A DNA stretch of 64,000 nt, taken from the NCBI RefSeq assembly GCF_020745735.1, contig NC_083409.1:20966098-21030097 (forward strand), given 5' to 3'. Under the pieces are notes generated by a model. The model did not search any database. It was not told where the DNA came from and was given only the letters and a program-made list of their open reading frames with translations. Shown here in pieces: positions 60,401-64,000 of the stretch; the first letter of the stretch is position 1; each line of letters opens with the position of its first letter. The position numbers and the translations under genes were made by a program. The stretch comes from Hemiscyllium ocellatum. Its lineage: Eukaryota.

Positions 60401-63269
60401 GTTCCTTGTTCATTGGACCCTGCTGTTGAATTGGATTCTCAGGAGCCAGCTCCGTATGAAGAGCCTGTTCCCATTCTTTTGTTGGAGTTCATGGGGCAGC
60501 TGCTGCTTCCTTGCTACGTCACTGATCAAACCAACAATGGGGAAAGCCTCTTGATGTTTTAAATACACTGTCTGCAGGAACATGTTTTGCCGAGGTTTTA
60601 ATATTGTTTAATATTGTTAAATAAGACAAAGATGTAAATATACCAGTTTGTTTACAGCTGGGAACATATAATATCATGGTCCTTGTTTTAATGGACCCTC
60701 ACTCATGGTAATACATTTTACAATGATTCTTTCCCCTTATGTGTTGCAAAGGGATTTGCAAATATGTTTTGTTGGGGACAGTGCATCTAACGCACACCGT
60801 TTGGTGAACTGGATGTCTGTTAGAATTCTCACTTGTGATAATACAGTCTTAAATGTGTCAGTGTTAATTTCCCCACTCTCTGGGGGGAGTGTCACTGTCA
60901 CTATCCCCACCCTTCACTCTTGGGATGATATCATTTCTGGTATCCGTTCTGTCTGAGAATGTCCCTGTTCTGGTTCCACCACCCCACCCCACCCCACACC
61001 CCCCCCCCCCCCCCCCCACCACCACTTTCTGGGACGGGGTGGCTGTTTCACGTGCACCTGGTTTGTCAGTTCCAGTTGCTCTCTTGTGAAATGGGTAATC
61101 CCTGTTTTACTCTGGTAACAGTGAGTTAAAGCCCGGCACAGTTCACCCTTCATCTGCATCATATCTCAGGGCCTAAGGTTAGTCAGCGATGTCTGGCTCA
61201 GAACAATCCCACCACTTCACGCAGTTTTCCCACTTTCCTATCTTTACTTTGTACCGAGGAATCTGCAGTCCCACCCAGTCTCTTTTGGAGCCATAACATT
61301 AGATTTCCACTTGGCAATCTGTGTCTATAACTCCCTAATCTTATTGACCCATTTAAGCCTGTCTCACATCAGTCAGGGTCCCGATATGGCAAAGGCCGTA
61401 TTTAATTAATCTCAGTGACTGTGGGGACCCGGTGAGGTTGGGAACAATCAGAAGGATCAGTCACACTATTTGCATTATGTACAGGGCCTGAGACACAACA
61501 ACCAGTACCTGGGACCCCAGGGGGCCCATCGTGTTTGGGACTGCGACTGAGGAGCAAGAGCTGGGCCTGTAATCTCTGATCACTGTCCTTGATTTTTGGG
61601 TCCTCTCTGATGGAGGCCATTGTGGAATCCATTGTCAAGTTCGCCACCTCCTGACCTGGAGAAGCAAGAACATGCAGTGTTCGTGGGAATACCCCAAATG
61701 TGATCAGAGGACAAGGTCAAAAATCATACGACACCAGGTTATAGACCAACATGTTTATTAGAAAACACAATCTTTCGGAGCCTCGCCTCTTCCTCAGGTT
61801 CTTAGTGGTACACACAAGGTGAATATAGTCAACAGAGAAAACACACTTTGTTCATTTCCTTCGAGATTGATTACGTTCTCCTAAATGACATGAACAAGAG
61901 ACAAGGGAAGAATAAAGAATATAAGGACACCACCAGTGACCGCCTGAAATTCATGAGAAATCTTAGCCAGCACTTTGATGAAAAGAAAGAGTGTGTGAAC
62001 CAAACTTGGTGGAAATATTTTTCTGCTTATTAATTTTTTTGCATCAATTCAAAGCAGAAAGATTTTTTTTTCAGGTTTCCGCCTTGAAATTCTTACTGAG
62101 ATGATCAAACCCAACAAACACTTCATGCGACGGGTTGAGGGGATTGTCCAATGATCGAGGGAGGGACTGGGTTAAGATTCCCCGGAATTTAGCAGGTTGG
62201 GAGGTGATTTCACTGAAACATTTTAAATTCTTCAGGCCCCTGGCAGGATAGAATTTGGAAGGATGTGCCCCTACCAGAGGATTCTAAAGCAGAGTCACAG
62301 TCTGGGAATAAGGAGTTAGACATTTAGATCAGAGATGAGGAATGGGTGGCACAGTGGCTAGTACCTCTCCCCTACAGTGCCATTGACCTGGGTTCAAGTC
62401 CGCCCTCGGGTGACTGTCTGTGTGGAGTTTGCTTATTCTCCCCATGTCTGTGTGGGTTTGCTCCAGTTTTACATTCTCAGTCCAAAGATGTGCAGCTTCG
62501 GTGAATTGGCTGTGAGTAGTGTAGGGTTACAGCAGTAGGAGAGGGGAATGCTTCTTGGACCTGATGGTCTTCTTCCACACATTAGGAATTCTATGATTCA
62601 ACATTGCTGCGGGTCTGGAGTCATGTGTCAGTCGGTATGGGCAAGGACAGCAATCTAAAGGACATTGTTGGGACCAATGGGGTTTGCCCCTAACAATGGC
62701 CATTAATTGACTCTTAATTTCAAAGTTTTTTTTAAATTTAAATGCCTTGCCAGAATTTGAACCCATGTCCCCCAAAACATGACTTGGCTCTCTGGATTAA
62801 CAATCTCGTGATGATACCACTAGGCCAATGGTTCCCAACATGTGGATGAACTCCAACTTGAATTTATTCAAATGATTAAGTATCATCAACTCTCTGGGAA
62901 AGACTCAAAACCCTCTGAGTGAAGAAATTCATCGAATCGCTACAATGTGGAAACAGGCCATTCAGCCCATACTGCCTCTCCAAAGTGCGTCCCACCCAGA
63001 CCCACTCCCATATAACCCTGCATTTCCCATGGCCATTTCACCTAATCTGCACGTTTGTGGAGTGTGGGAGGAAACCAGATCATCTGGACGGAAACCAAGC
63101 AGACACAGGGAGAATGTGTATACTCCACACAGCCGGAGTGTGGAATCAAACCCCGGTCCCTGCATTTTAGGGTAGCAGCGTGAGTCACTGCGCCACCCCA
63201 TTTGATACTGAGCAATAAATGCTTGCATACCAAGTGATGCCCAATCCTTGAAATGAATTAAGAAAAGAT

Positions 63270-63720
63270 CAGTCAAGTTTTAGATCGGAGTGTGATGGGT
63301 TACTCCCCACTTGTCTGCATGGGTGCAGCTCCAAAAACAGTCAAGAAGCTTGAAACCATCCAGTACAAACCAGCCTGCCCTATTGTCACTACATCCACAA
63401 ATATCCACTCCCTCCACCACTGATACTCAGTAGCAGCCGTGTGCACCATCGACAAGATGCACTGCAGATATTCACCAAGTCTCCCGAGACAGCACCTTTC
63501 CAACCCATGACCATTTCCATCTCGAAGGACAAGAGCAGCACACACACAGAACACCACCACCTACAAGTTCCCTTCCAATCTACAAGCATCCTGATTGAAG
63601 TTACTGTTCCTTCAGTGTTACTGGGTCAAGGTCCTGGCATTCCCTTCCTTAGGGCATTGTGGGTTTATTTACAGCACATGGACAAGAGTGGTTCAAGAAG
63701 GCAGCTCACCACCACCTTGC
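63270..63720 (+). mobile_element. LINE 3' fragment
   Basis: RT C-terminal-type coding remnant (..GAAPKTVKKLETIQ.K.ACPI..); same family as 660-910. Confidence 0.55.
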
Positions 63721-64000
63721 AAAGGGCAGGATTGTGGCTCAGTGGTTAGTGTGGCAATATCACAGAATCAGGCACTTAGGTTCTATTCCACCTTGGGAAG
63801 ATTGTCTGTCTGTATTTGTACATTTTCCCCATGTCTGAGTGAGTTTCATCCACACAGTCCATAGATGTGTAGATTAAGTAGATTAGTCATGCTAAATTAC
63901 AGGTAGTGTCTAGAGATGTGCAGGCTGGGTGGGTTAGCCATGAGAAATGCAGCATTACAAGGATGGGGTTGGTCCAGATGGAATGCTCTTTGGTGTTTTG

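Overview
Eukaryotic, repeat-rich genomic DNA from a cartilaginous fish, most likely a shark (inferred from the shark-type Ig light chain and the HE1-like SINE, CR1 and Penelope repeats). The window holds three partial, paralogous immunoglobulin kappa-type (type III / NS4-like) light-chain units, each broken differently. Unit 1 (minus strand) has an intact C exon at 4449-4777 but no V/J on its strand anywhere in the window. Unit 2 (plus) has a leader and an already-joined, out-of-frame, RSS-less VJ pseudogene at 22237-22801; its C exon is deleted at a Penelope insertion. Unit 3 (plus) has a C exon at 54545-54883 with a 10-nt frameshifting insertion and no V/J; its upstream homology ends at a second Penelope element. 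Unit 1 is an inverted paralog of units 2 and 3, and units 2 and 3 are direct paralogs (about 80% identity in a hand-counted flank sample, about 94% between C exons). The rest is CR1 LINEs (one young, nested copy), tRNA-derived SINEs, a Tx1 LINE fragment, Penelope-like elements and short terminus-only derivatives carrying minimal hammerhead ribozyme motifs, a 44-bp degenerate tandem array and GA microsatellites. The most speculative lead is an antisense exon next to J that would splice in frame to the intact orphan C exon and give a V-less C-kappa product. All alignments were done by eye, and boundaries of old repeats are approximate.
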